A stretch of 64,000 nucleotides of DNA, from NCBI GenBank assembly GCA_965263035.1, contig OZ253580.1, forward strand, positions 5,280,001 through 5,344,000. The letters run 5' to 3'. This document shows, piece by piece, positions 49,078 through 59,211 of this stretch (position 1 is its first letter; each line of letters starts with the position of its first letter). A model generated the notes under the pieces. That model ran no database searches and was not told the origin of the DNA. It worked only from the letters and a program-made list of their open reading frames with translations. Origin of the DNA: Acidobacteriota bacterium. Lineage in GTDB: Bacteria; Acidobacteriota; UBA6911; RPQK01; JAJDTT01. The position numbers and the translations under genes were made by a program.

Positions 49078-49153
49078 TGCTCAGGTTTCGGCACTTTCGT
49101 ATATAATCCCCAAAATATAACTTTAAACCGAACGCGTGTGTATTGTTGTATTA

Positions 49154-51688
49154 TCATCGGCTGCGAGCAACCAGGAGCGGGTGGTCCAACGTATCCCCGT
49201 TGGGCTGGAATCCGTTTCCGTCCGTATCCACGTAGATCGGATTCGTGTACGCCACCGGGTGCATCTGGGACTCGGAGCTTCGTCCCCAGCCCTTCTCCAG
49301 GTCTGAGTCTTCTCCGGTCGCCACCACGATCAGGTGGGCGTCCCGCTCCAATTCCACGCGGATCTCTTCCTCGAAGTTCACGACTCCATCGCGAAACATT
49401 TTGGGATGAGACTTGCGGGTGTAGTTGTACCGGGAATCCTGACGGCTGTTGACCAGGACCTGGACCCGGTCGACGTCCAGCCAGTCAGGCGTCTGCACCC
49501 GCACCTTCAGGACCACCGAACCCGCTGAGATCACACTGGACCCGATGGGCATCCCATCCCCCGTCTCCACGTGCAGGAATGGCCCGTTAGTGATCATCAT
49601 CCGTCCCGCCTTGGAGTTGGCGATGACCTCCGCCGGATCGATCTTGCCCGGATCGTCGGTGGAACTGGGCACGTAGGTCCTCCAGCCGCCCACGCCGTTG
49701 CCGCCGAAGGTCCGGTGGGCGTCGCTCACGGCCACGCACCACGTATGCCGTCCCTGGTTCAGGAGTTGGAGCCAGCCGAAGGTCCGGTTCTCCCGTTGGG
49801 CGATCCCACGCCGGTTCCGCACCGGATAAGTCGGGTTGGGATTCAGGATCTCGGCACTCCAGACCTCAGCCGCGTCGATGAGATCTTCGAAACCCACGAA
49901 TCCACCATCGCCCCGCCCGTCGCGGTCCCGGTCGTTGAAGACGTAACCCACTGTAGGGTGATTGGCTTGGACCCAGCGGTCGGGTCCCCCTCCGAAGATA
50001 TTGCGCAGGACGATGGCGTTGAGGCGAGGGTCATATTGCCAGGCCGGTGCGCCACCATCCTGGGTCAGCGGGGAGTACTTGAGGGGAAAGGAGTTGAAGT
50101 GCTGGCCCTGCCCCGTGAGCTCGATGCCGACGACGGTTCGCAGCAAGTCCCCCAGTCCCAACTCGTCGATGTAGGGTTGCCAGTCGTAGATGCGGTTGTG
50201 CTCCGTGGTCGGTATGAACTCCAGTTGCTCGGCGGCGAAGTTGATGATCCGGTCGTAGGTATTGCAGTGGTTGTCGCCGCTGGGTGAAGAGTGGGCGTGG
50301 TAGTCGGTACTGATCCAGCCCGTGGTATCCACCGACCGTTCGAGAGTGGCCTCGACGGCAACGGTCTTTCCCGGCTCAACCGAGACCCGGCGCTCCACCA
50401 GGTTATATTCGGGACCCCGCGTGATTCGGAGCAGGTAGTTGCCCGGGGGAACCTGCTGGGTAAACGCTCCGTCGTGGGAATGGTACTGGTGGTCGCAGCC
50501 GTGGGCCCGATAGTCCGGCCCCAGGTTGGGGGTAGAGGTCCCGTCGACACCCAGGAACTGGACCTTGGCCGGTGACGGATTGCCCCGGGAATCCCGGATC
50601 CGGAAACGGATGGCCGAAGCCGCGGGGGGAGACAGGTCCAGACTCACGGTCTTTCCCGCCGATACCTGGAGATTCAAGTCCTGATCGGGCCGGCCCAGGT
50701 CGGTGAACCGGACCGAATATGCTCCGTCCGGCATTGGGAAAGAGAACCGCCCGCTCCCGTTCGGATAGAGCGGGAGATCCGTCCCCTCGACATTGAACAG
50801 AAGGGAGGATCGAACGGCCGGGTTCCCGCCCTGGTCCAGGGCGCTCCCGGTCACCGTCCCGGTGGAATTCAATACGGAAGCGACCTGGCCGTAGGCGGCC
50901 AGGGGACTGTCCGAAACCGCCAGTGCGATCCCGAACTTCCGGCTTTCTCCAGGGGCTAGTTCCACCTCCGATTCAAGAGCGGACAGACCCTCACCTTCCA
51001 GGGGCGCCCAGGCGTAGGACCGCTTGTCGAACGGATCGATGCTGTCGGCGACTCGAATGGCGCCGACTTCCCAGGTTTTCGAAAACTGAGCCAGACGCTC
51101 GTATGCCGGGGGCGATTTCCAGACCGGTCGCGGCTGGATCTTCCGCGGCTGATCGGATTCATTGTGAAAGGTGGAGAGGATTTCGACATGCTGCCAACCC
51201 GGCTCCAGCCGGTAGACGTGGCGCTGATACAGTCCGTCGCCGCGAGCTGCCGTGCGGACGGTCTCGATCGCCGCCGTTCCGTCACTTCCGTCGCTCGCGA
51301 TCCGGACGTAACTGACGGGACCCGACAGGTGTCCGGGCCGAAATGACGTGATCTGATCGTTACCGGCGCCGGCGAGGTCCAGGTCAAAGAGGGTTCCCGG
51401 GATGACGTCGTAACGGTCATGCATCATATTGGCCCGCCGCTGGGGCAGGTTCCCCGAAATGAGGGCGTGGACGCGATCGTTCCGGAGGACGAAGTCCCCG
51501 AGGATGCCGTCGGCTTCCTTGCCTGACGGCAGGAGATCCGTGTTGTGGCGACCGATCTCGACGGCTTCGGCGGCGCCTTGCTGGGCGACGAGAAAAGCCG
51601 CTAGCCATCCGGCCATTCCGGCCATGAAGAGCAGGGTGAGCCGAGGAAATCGTGAAAGCGACGGAAATTTTGTAGCCATATCGCTCAT
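49154..51688 (-). CDS. secreted PHP-like (CehA/McbA family) metallohydrolase with carboxypeptidase-regulatory-like domains
   Basis: DYHAHS, TEHN, GQHFN, NHP, VSDAH, TNGP, AYTNPIYVD. The ORF-track extension to 52951 is the antisense shadow of the next gene. Confidence 0.82.
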   Translation of the reverse strand: MSDMATKFPSLSRFPRLTLLFMAGMAGWLAAFLVAQQGAAEAVEIGRHNTDLLPSGKEADGILGDFVLRNDRVHALISGNLPQRRANMMHDRYDVIPGTLFDLDLAGAGNDQITSFRPGHLSGPVSYVRIASDGSDGTAAIETVRTAARGDGLYQRHVYRLEPGWQHVEILSTFHNESDQPRKIQPRPVWKSPPAYERLAQFSKTWEVGAIRVADSIDPFDKRSYAWAPLEGEGLSALESEVELAPGESRKFGIALAVSDSPLAAYGQVASVLNSTGTVTGSALDQGGNPAVRSSLLFNVEGTDLPLYPNGSGRFSFPMPDGAYSVRFTDLGRPDQDLNLQVSAGKTVSLDLSPPAASAIRFRIRDSRGNPSPAKVQFLGVDGTSTPNLGPDYRAHGCDHQYHSHDGAFTQQVPPGNYLLRITRGPEYNLVERRVSVEPGKTVAVEATLERSVDTTGWISTDYHAHSSPSGDNHCNTYDRIINFAAEQLEFIPTTEHNRIYDWQPYIDELGLGDLLRTVVGIELTGQGQHFNSFPLKYSPLTQDGGAPAWQYDPRLNAIVLRNIFGGGPDRWVQANHPTVGYVFNDRDRDGRGDGGFVGFEDLIDAAEVWSAEILNPNPTYPVRNRRGIAQRENRTFGWLQLLNQGRHTWCVAVSDAHRTFGGNGVGGWRTYVPSSTDDPGKIDPAEVIANSKAGRMMITNGPFLHVETGDGMPIGSSVISAGSVVLKVRVQTPDWLDVDRVQVLVNSRQDSRYNYTRKSHPKMFRDGVVNFEEEIRVELERDAHLIVVATGEDSDLEKGWGRSSESQMHPVAYTNPIYVDTDGNGFQPNGDTLDHPLLVARSR

Positions 51689-51805
51689 TATCCGGCGTTT
51701 GGCTTCAGAATCAAGTAAAAATGACCTCAAGTTGTTGAGAATCTTATAGTTGTGGCGACCAGAGAAAGGGGTTCCCCGATGTGGTAGCCTGGAACGGTCT
51801 GAGAC

Positions 51806-53449
51806 ATGCCTGCTTTTCGTCCCGATTCCCCGATGCAGCGCCGGAGTTTCCTGAAAAGGGCATTGGCCGGGTATCTGTTGGCGCCTCGGGTTCCGGCGCT
51901 TGCCGAAGCTCCGGTTGAATTGTCCAAAGACCACATCAAAGCGGTCCACCGCAGACGCCGGATCGTCATGATGCAGGACGCCTACGGCGATGGCCACGGT
52001 GCGACTCCTCTGGGGGGCGATTTCGCCTCGTGGCTCCGCTACCGGTTTTCCTATCTGGACGAGCTGGAGACCCAGATCGACGCCATCTGGTGGGATATGG
52101 CCGCCTTGGCCGTCTATCCCAACCAGGGATTCCCGGCCGACGTCCAGGCGCGCTTCGACGCCTGGTTCGCCGCGGGGAACGATCCTCTGAAGGCGCTGGT
52201 GGACGGGACCCACGGCCGGGGTCTGGAGGCCTTCTTCAACCACCGGATCAGCGAAGTCGAGCTGGACGGCAAGACGTTTCACCTCAAGACGGAGAATCCC
52301 GACTGGGTGATTCCCACCTGGTGGCCCCACGGCATGTGGAATCTGGCCGCACCGGGCCTGCAGGACTTCAAGCTCAGGAATCTGCGCTATCTGGCGGAGA
52401 ACTACGAATTCGACGGCCTCCAGATCGATTTCGCCCGGCACACACCCATATTGCCTCCCGGGCGGCAATGGGAACTGAGGGGGCACGTCACCGGGTTCAT
52501 CCGCCGGGTCCGGCTCATGCTCCTGGAGGTTGCCAGAAAGCGGGGTCGTCCCTTCCTGCTGGCCGTGAGAGTGCCCAAGAGCGTCGAAGGGGCCAAGCAG
52601 GACGGCTTCGACCTCGAGTCGTGGGCTCGAAACCGTCTCGTGGACATCTTCACCATCGGCACCCGCTCCCTGGAGGTGGACGTGGCCTCCTACCTGGCCA
52701 TCGCCCGGGGCCGGGACATCAAGATTCAGCCCTGCTGGGACGATCATCACGCTTCCGACGCCTACCAGTGGCAACCCATCGAATTCCTGCGCGGCGTTTA
52801 CAGCAACTGGTGGCGCCAGGGCGCCGACAGCGTGGTCACCTGGAACTGGAGCAACGCGACGCGGAAGACTTGCCTGAAGATGGGCATCAATCCGGGTCCC
52901 GACTCCCACGACCAGGGATACCGGGAGTTGGGAAGTCCGGAGAGCATGCATCTGAGGGACAAGATATTCGCCCTGGATCGGCGCGGCGCTTTTCCCTGGG
53001 CGGCAGGGTTCTTCAACCGGAACGCCGATGCCCGGTTACCGCTCCGCCTGACTGCGGGAGGGGAACCGGTCCGGCTGGATCTCAGAATCGAAGAGCCGGT
53101 GGCGCAATCGGCTCATCGTGTCGGTTCCCTCAAGCTCCGGACCGTGCTTTTCGATGCCGGACCGGAAACGAACGTCCGCGCCCGCTTCAACGGCAGCGCC
53201 CTGACTCCGTTCCTCAGGGACCCCGACTGGAAGGATGACCAGATCGTCTCACCCCGTCCCCAACCCAATTCGGGGAAGGCGGCCTGGCAACGCGTCGACC
53301 CGGACCAGAGGTTGCTCAGGATAGAGTACGACCTGGACCCCAAGGAGTGCCGGGTCGGCCTCAACACCGTCGAGATAAGTCTCTCCACCGGAAGGGCAGG
53401 CGACGGCGTCAAATTGGAGAAGGTGGAAGTTCACCTTGCATACTCATGA
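51806..53449 (+). CDS. Tat-exported glycoside-hydrolase-like TIM barrel (GHL10/DUF187-like)
   Basis: RRSFLK; NYEFDGLQIDFARH; LAVRVP...GFDLESW. Confidence 0.7.
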   Translation: MPAFRPDSPMQRRSFLKRALAGYLLAPRVPALAEAPVELSKDHIKAVHRRRRIVMMQDAYGDGHGATPLGGDFASWLRYRFSYLDELETQIDAIWWDMAALAVYPNQGFPADVQARFDAWFAAGNDPLKALVDGTHGRGLEAFFNHRISEVELDGKTFHLKTENPDWVIPTWWPHGMWNLAAPGLQDFKLRNLRYLAENYEFDGLQIDFARHTPILPPGRQWELRGHVTGFIRRVRLMLLEVARKRGRPFLLAVRVPKSVEGAKQDGFDLESWARNRLVDIFTIGTRSLEVDVASYLAIARGRDIKIQPCWDDHHASDAYQWQPIEFLRGVYSNWWRQGADSVVTWNWSNATRKTCLKMGINPGPDSHDQGYRELGSPESMHLRDKIFALDRRGAFPWAAGFFNRNADARLPLRLTAGGEPVRLDLRIEEPVAQSAHRVGSLKLRTVLFDAGPETNVRARFNGSALTPFLRDPDWKDDQIVSPRPQPNSGKAAWQRVDPDQRLLRIEYDLDPKECRVGLNTVEISLSTGRAGDGVKLEKVEVHLAYS

Positions 53450-54321
53450 AAATCACGATTGCAACCTGTCAGTTTCCCGTCACCAGCAACATCCGGCGCA
53501 ACCTCGGCTACGTGAAGAGGCAGATGAGGTCTGCCCGAGAGCAGGGCGCCGATCTGGCCCATTTCTCCGAGTGCTGCCTCGGCGGCTATGCCGGTGTCGA
53601 CCTGCCGTCGCTGGAGGGCTACGACTGGGACCTGCTCCAGCGCTCCGCCCGAGAGGTGACCGAGTTGGCCCGGGAACTGGATCTTTGGCTGATTCTGGGG
53701 TCCAACCATAAGCTGAGTGGCGACCACCGGCCCCACAACAGCCTCTACCTCATCGATCCTCAGGGGACGGTCGTGGACCGCTATGACAAGAGGTTCTGCA
53801 CCGGCTCCAGGACTCGCGTCGAGGATGACCTGAGCCACTACAGTCCGGGCAACCGGTTCGTCGTCTTTGAAGTCAACGGCGTCCGTTGCGGTATTCAGAT
53901 CTGCCACGACTTCCGCTATCCGGAACTCTACCGGGAATACAAGCGGCGGGAGGTCCAGTTGATGTTCCACTCCTACCACAACGGCGGAATGACGCTGAAG
54001 CACAAGCAGGACCATCACAACGTCTGGAGCGTGCTGGTGCGCGCCACCATGCAGACCTACGCCGCCAGCAACTACATGTGGATCAGCGTCAACAACACGA
54101 CCCGCCGCGAAAGTAGCGGCTCCAGCTTTGTGGTGGGACCGGACGGCCTGATCGACGGCCGGCTTCCATTGCACCGCGCTGGAGTATTGGTGACCACCAT
54201 CGACACCGAGACGCCCTATTTCGACGCGTCCAAGGAATGGCGTTCCCGGGCCATGAGCGGGATCTTCCACAGCGGCACGCCGGTGGACGACTCCCGGTCC
54301 GAAGACCGGACCTGCCTATAG
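53446..54321 (+). CDS. carbon-nitrogen hydrolase (nitrilase superfamily)
   Basis: FSE, RYDK, QICHDFRYPE triad; ATGA overlap. Confidence 0.9.
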   Translation: MKITIATCQFPVTSNIRRNLGYVKRQMRSAREQGADLAHFSECCLGGYAGVDLPSLEGYDWDLLQRSAREVTELARELDLWLILGSNHKLSGDHRPHNSLYLIDPQGTVVDRYDKRFCTGSRTRVEDDLSHYSPGNRFVVFEVNGVRCGIQICHDFRYPELYREYKRREVQLMFHSYHNGGMTLKHKQDHHNVWSVLVRATMQTYAASNYMWISVNNTTRRESSGSSFVVGPDGLIDGRLPLHRAGVLVTTIDTETPYFDASKEWRSRAMSGIFHSGTPVDDSRSEDRTCL

Positions 54322-54355
54322 CCCGCAATGCCGCCGATGAGATCACGGGTGAACC

Positions 54356-55993
54356 TCACCCGTAACGGATCCAGACTCTCAACTCCTCCAGGGTCAGCAG
54401 TTCGGCAGGGTCCCGGGACTCGGGAGGCTGAACCGTCACCAGGAAGGAATTCTCGCCGTAGTGCAGGTCGCGGGTTTCCCAACTGGACCAGCCCGGCCGG
54501 TCCCCACCCGCGGCCCGGGGACGAGGCTGGCCCTCTCCGTTGACCCGCCAGGTGACCCGGTCGTCCGCGGCGGCATTGGCCCATCGCGTTTCGACCCGGA
54601 CACTGGTGGCCCGTTCCGGCCGGTCCGCGATCTTCAGCTTCAGATTGAACCGCGCCGGACCCGCCTGGGTGGCGAAGGAGAGCGGTAGTTGCCCTGGCCA
54701 GAGGCTCTCGTTCATGTATCCGACCCGCTTCCGGTCCAGGTCGATCTGATACATCTTGTCCAGGCCCGCGAGGGTCTCCGGCTCTCCGATCTCATGCAGG
54801 GAGTCATATCGGGCCGGGTCCAGGAAGTTGAAGGCATGAAGCCCGTCCACCCCTTCGTCCCAGAGCCGGTAGGCCGCCCCCCGGACCGCCTCCACGTGAT
54901 CGAAGACGTATTTCCAACTCAGGCCACCGTAGACCGGAATGCCGTGTTCGCGGCCCATGCGGATCCAATCTCCGACTGGAAAGGAATAGGGAAGGGAACC
55001 GAAACCTGCGATCAGGAAATCCACCCAGCCACGAGCGACCCACTCCTCCACGTCCAGTCCCACCGAAAGGGCCAGATCGGGGGAGTCGGGGACTCTCATG
55101 GACAGCAGAATGGGCCGTCCCCGCTGCTTTCCGCGCTGCTCCAGGACCTGGTGGATGCGATGGATGAGGTCGGTCATCACCGGCAAGTGGCGCCTCTCCT
55201 GCCCGTACCTGAAGAGCAGGGGATGCCGGCACCAGTCCAGCTCGATGCCCTCCAGGTCGTAGCGTCGGCAGGCTTCCCGGACCACGCCCAGGAAATGGTC
55301 CCTCACCTCCGGGCGGGCGTAATCGTACGCGGGCCAGGAGAAGGAGATAGGTCCCAGGGAACTGTTGCGAAAGCGGTCGATGGTCCGCTCCCCGCCGTTT
55401 CCCCAGTATTCCAGGAGGGCGTCGTGAGGGTGGTCCGGGGACTCCCCCTTCATCCAGGGCAGAAACGTTTCCTGAAATCGCTCGGGGCTGATGCGGGACT
55501 GGAGCAGATGCGGGTTTTCCAGCTTGAGCGGGGTCCAATATTGGATTCCCGAATAGACGGCGCAGTGGACGTCGTTCATGCGGATGGAGAAGAAAAACTC
55601 CATGCCGTTGTCGTGAGCGAATTTCACTGCGGGTTGGACCGGATCGGGACCCAACGCCCGGATGTTTTTCCGTGGCACCTCCCAGTGGGGAACGGTGGCG
55701 AGGCCGCAGTGGGACAGGCCATCGACGTGGGTCCCCTTCAGATGGTTCATCCGTAGGGCCAGATACTGATCCACGGTATCGAACCGCTTGGGCCAGTGAG
55801 GCCGCCGGCCCAGCTCCTGCGCCACGCCCGCCAGGTCGTCGCCGTCGTTGTTCCAGATGACGCGTTTCTTCCGGGTCTCCTGCTCGGATGGCTCCGTTCC
55901 GGGCGCGCAGCCGGATCCGGCGAGGGCAGGCAAAAGCGTCGTGGCGGTGGCGGCGGCCGCCGTGTTTTTTAGGAATCGTCTTCGATCCTGCAT
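54356..55993 (-). CDS. Tat lipoprotein, GHL10/DUF187-like glycoside hydrolase
   Basis: RRRFLK..GSGC lipobox; WNNDGDD, SIRMNDVH, YDLEGIELDWCRH. Confidence 0.72.
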   Translation of the reverse strand: MQDRRRFLKNTAAAATATTLLPALAGSGCAPGTEPSEQETRKKRVIWNNDGDDLAGVAQELGRRPHWPKRFDTVDQYLALRMNHLKGTHVDGLSHCGLATVPHWEVPRKNIRALGPDPVQPAVKFAHDNGMEFFFSIRMNDVHCAVYSGIQYWTPLKLENPHLLQSRISPERFQETFLPWMKGESPDHPHDALLEYWGNGGERTIDRFRNSSLGPISFSWPAYDYARPEVRDHFLGVVREACRRYDLEGIELDWCRHPLLFRYGQERRHLPVMTDLIHRIHQVLEQRGKQRGRPILLSMRVPDSPDLALSVGLDVEEWVARGWVDFLIAGFGSLPYSFPVGDWIRMGREHGIPVYGGLSWKYVFDHVEAVRGAAYRLWDEGVDGLHAFNFLDPARYDSLHEIGEPETLAGLDKMYQIDLDRKRVGYMNESLWPGQLPLSFATQAGPARFNLKLKIADRPERATSVRVETRWANAAADDRVTWRVNGEGQPRPRAAGGDRPGWSSWETRDLHYGENSFLVTVQPPESRDPAELLTLEELRVWIRYG

Positions 55994-56115
55994 GGTCCCT
56001 CCTCGATTCGAGGGGCGACTTTCTTGTCGCCCAGTGCTCGATGTGTCCAACCGCTCGTCGCTACGTTGATACACGGAAGATCGGCGGCAAGAAAATCGCC
56101 GCTCCCGGCAGGGAA

Positions 56116-57510
56116 TCACTCGCTGATGCAGTAAAGGGCGTCCTGGCTGCGCAGGAAGAGCTGGTTGCCCACGATCACCGGCGAGGCGATGAAGAAGTGG
56201 TCCGGCATGGAATTGACGGCAAGCACCTCGTATTCCTCACCCATCTTGAGCACGATGACGTCGCCCTGCTCGCTGGCCAGGTAGAGCCGGCCGCCGGATC
56301 CCAGGGGCGAGGCCTTGAACTGGTAGGGATTGGGCAGGCGTTGCTGGTGGTAGAAGGGTTTTCCGGTCCCGGCGTCGAAGCAGCTGATCAATCCCCGGTC
56401 CGTCAGGACGTAGAGCTTCCCGTCGTAATAGACGGGGGAGGCGGTGTAGGCGTTGCCCCGCTGATTGGTCCAGAGGACCGCGTCCGTGTCGGTCAGGTCG
56501 CCCTTCCGGTTCAGTCGAATGGCCAGCATGTTGGGGCTGCGGTGCCCCGTCATCACGATCACGGTATCCTGGTGACGGACCGGAATCGGAACCGGGTTGG
56601 TTCCCAGCCCGCTGCATTCCCAGATCAGGTCGCCGTTGGCAAGGTCGTAACTGCGGACCTTGTTGTCTCCGGTGACGATGACCTGGGTCGTCCCCGCGTA
56701 TTCCGTGACCAGGGGCGTGGTCCAGGTGCTCCGCTCGTCCCGGTCCCGGCGCCACAATTCCTTACCCGTGTTTTTGTCCAGGGCGAGAATGAAGGACTGG
56801 CCCTCATGGTCGAAGTTGAGGACCAGGGCGTCGCCGTGAAGAACCGGCGCCGTGCCCTCACCGAAACCGTTGCGCATTCTCATCTTCACGCCGAAGTTCT
56901 TTTTCCAGGCCGGCTTCCCGTTCAAGTCGTAGACGTAGAGGCCCCGGGAACCGAAGAAGGCGTAGACGTAACGGCCGTCGGTGGCCGCCGAGTTGGAGGC
57001 GAAGCTGCCGTAACGTTGGTGGTACCCCTCGTGGGGTGTCTCCACGAGGGCAGTGTTGCGCCACAGGGCCTTGCCGGTGTTCTTGTCCAGGCACAGGACT
57101 TCAAACTTGTGCTCGACCAGAGCCGTGGGCATCCGCCGCCGGCGTTCCCCTCGTGGGCGCCGACGTTCCCGGTCGGGCCGATCCTGACCTCGTTCTGCCC
57201 GTGGGCGCCGAGGGGGCCTCGTGAAATCACGTCTGCGAGGCTCCGGCATGGGAGCCGCCGGGATCGCGGTGGTGAGGTAGATCCTGTCTTCCCAGATGAT
57301 GGGGGTGGAATGGCCCTTTCCGGGGATGGGAGTCTTCCACTTGACGTTTTCGGTCGTGCTCCATCGCACCGGCGCTCCGGTGCGGGCCATGCCCGTATGG
57401 TCCGGACCCCGCCAGTTGGGCCACTGTTCATCGAAGTCCGGCGGCGGCGAAGGGGCGGCGGACAGAACCCACACCAGGACGCCGGTACAGGACAGATATG
57501 TTCTTCTCAT
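56116..57510 (-). CDS. PQQ-like beta-propeller (BamB-type repeat) protein
   Basis: WPNWRGP, WKTPIPGKGHSTPI, repeated TGK..W and ASP motifs. Confidence 0.88.
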   Translation of the reverse strand: MRRTYLSCTGVLVWVLSAAPSPPPDFDEQWPNWRGPDHTGMARTGAPVRWSTTENVKWKTPIPGKGHSTPIIWEDRIYLTTAIPAAPMPEPRRRDFTRPPRRPRAERGQDRPDRERRRPRGERRRRMPTALVEHKFEVLCLDKNTGKALWRNTALVETPHEGYHQRYGSFASNSAATDGRYVYAFFGSRGLYVYDLNGKPAWKKNFGVKMRMRNGFGEGTAPVLHGDALVLNFDHEGQSFILALDKNTGKELWRRDRDERSTWTTPLVTEYAGTTQVIVTGDNKVRSYDLANGDLIWECSGLGTNPVPIPVRHQDTVIVMTGHRSPNMLAIRLNRKGDLTDTDAVLWTNQRGNAYTASPVYYDGKLYVLTDRGLISCFDAGTGKPFYHQQRLPNPYQFKASPLGSGGRLYLASEQGDVIVLKMGEEYEVLAVNSMPDHFFIASPVIVGNQLFLRSQDALYCISE

Positions 57511-57703
57511 TGATTTCTCCTCGCTGCTCCTACGCTTGTCTGCGAATGGTTCCAAGTGAAGGAAGGCATGTTCGCGACAATAGCAGTCCCCGGTGAAAGT
57601 CGCCACGGCGGTCCATCAGGCGTGACGACCCTGCGAATCCGGGCTGTTACAATGACGGGCTGCGATTCCAGTGGTTGAGGAGTGGAAACTAGGAGAACCC
57701 GAA

Positions 57704-59140
57704 ATGAACAAGACCTTCACCCTGCTCACGGTCATGACTCTCTCTTTGGCAACCGTCAGTGCAGGTGTCATCGACATCGGCTCCCGGCGGGAACTGTTCG
57801 TGGACCGGCATATGGTCGGGGAGATCACGGGCGATGCCCGCCTTCAACAGCATCGGCCCGAGCCTCAGGAAGTGGTCCTGGTGACGGGAGAGCCCTGGGA
57901 AGGCAACACGAGCGCCTATTACACCATCTTCCAGGACGGCGACCTCTACCGCATGTACTACCGGGGGTCGAACTGGGATGTAGCGGCCAAGAAAGCCACC
58001 CATCCGGAGGTGACCTGTTACGCCGAGAGCCGGGACGGGATCAATTGGACCAAGCCCAATCTGGGGATCGTGGAGTACGAGGGATCGAAGCAGAACAACA
58101 TTATCCTGGACGGGATCGGCACCCATTGTTTCGTCGCCTTCAAGGACGGCAATCCCGACGCGCACCCGGAGGCGCGGTACAAGGGGATCTCCCGGGGCCG
58201 TCCACTGGGGAAGAAGGGACTCTACGTCTACCAGTCTCCCGACGGCATCCATTGGAAAATGATCCGGAATGAGCCGGTGATCACCGAAGGCGCCTTCGAT
58301 TCCCAGAACCTGGCCTTCTGGGACCCTCAGATCGGGAAGTACCGCGAGTACCACCGCATCTTCGTCAACCGGGTGCGCTCCATCATGACCGGGACCTCCG
58401 ACGACTTCGTCAACTGGACCGACCCCGTGCTCCTGAAGTATCCGGGGGCACCCAACCAGCATCTCTACACCAACGCGATCCGGGCCTATCACCGGGCGCC
58501 CCACATCCTCATCGGATTTCCCACCCGCTACCTGCCCGACGAGGGCCAGAGGGTGGAGCCCATTTTCATGGCCAGCCGCGACGGTCTCACCTTCCACCGC
58601 TGGAACGATCCGGTGATTCCCGAGGACGCCCCCAAGGACCGGGCGGGAAACCGCAGCAACTACATGACCTGGGGTCTGCTGGAACTGCCGGGCCGCCCCG
58701 GGGAGATGTCGGTCTACGCTTCCGAGGCCTACTACGAAGGGCCGGATACGCGTTTGCGGCGATTCACCTATCGTGCTGACGGTTTCGTGTCGGCCAGCGG
58801 CGGCCCCGGGGGAGGCGATCTGGTCACCCAGCCTCTCAAGTTCTCGGGCAGCCGTCTCGAGGTGAATTTCCGGGCCCGCCCCGGAGGTCAGCTCCGGGTG
58901 GAGCTGCAGGATCAGGAGGGACGCCCCATCCCAGGCTATACCCTGGTCGATTGTCCACCCCTGACCGGCGATTCAACCCGGATCCTCGTCAATTGGAAGC
59001 AGTGTCCCTGCAGCCAGACGGAGACCCCGAACGAGGAAGAGACGATCCAGCCCGACGTGGGATCCCTGGCCGGACAGACGATCCGGGTCCGTTTCCGCTT
59101 GGAGAACGCAGACCTCTATTCCTTCCGCTTCAGCGATTGA
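57704..59140 (+). CDS. secreted five-bladed beta-propeller glycoside-hydrolase-like protein
   Basis: Signal peptide; RELFVD, PWEG, YRMYY, YAESRDGINW, FDSQN, SRDG, R.DGFVS, ADLYSFRF. Confidence 0.75.
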   Translation: MNKTFTLLTVMTLSLATVSAGVIDIGSRRELFVDRHMVGEITGDARLQQHRPEPQEVVLVTGEPWEGNTSAYYTIFQDGDLYRMYYRGSNWDVAAKKATHPEVTCYAESRDGINWTKPNLGIVEYEGSKQNNIILDGIGTHCFVAFKDGNPDAHPEARYKGISRGRPLGKKGLYVYQSPDGIHWKMIRNEPVITEGAFDSQNLAFWDPQIGKYREYHRIFVNRVRSIMTGTSDDFVNWTDPVLLKYPGAPNQHLYTNAIRAYHRAPHILIGFPTRYLPDEGQRVEPIFMASRDGLTFHRWNDPVIPEDAPKDRAGNRSNYMTWGLLELPGRPGEMSVYASEAYYEGPDTRLRRFTYRADGFVSASGGPGGGDLVTQPLKFSGSRLEVNFRARPGGQLRVELQDQEGRPIPGYTLVDCPPLTGDSTRILVNWKQCPCSQTETPNEEETIQPDVGSLAGQTIRVRFRLENADLYSFRFSD

Positions 59141-59172
59141 GGGAGCGGGGATAGCCGCGTTCCGATCGGACC

Positions 59173-59197
59173 GTAGGGGCGGCCCTTGTGGCCGCCC
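59173..59197. repeat. GTAG-type REP-like palindrome / possible bidirectional terminator
   Basis: GTAG-GGGCGGCC-CTTGT-GGCCGCCC between convergent genes. Confidence 0.55.
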
Positions 59198-59211
59198 TTC
59201 GTTCTTCACGC

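Larger units (their letters stand above)
47349..49111 (+). mobile_element. IS1595-family element with passenger genes (1763 bp)
   Basis: 26-bp perfect TIRs GGGGATTATATACGAAAGTGCCGAAA; 8-bp target duplication AAAATATA at 47341-47348 and 49112-49119. Confidence 0.95.

Noticed and set aside
51689-52951. 1265-aa ORF suggesting a giant fusion protein
   Set aside because: The N-terminal 420 aa are the antisense shadow of the plus-strand Tat hydrolase; a signal peptide begins at 51688/51679.
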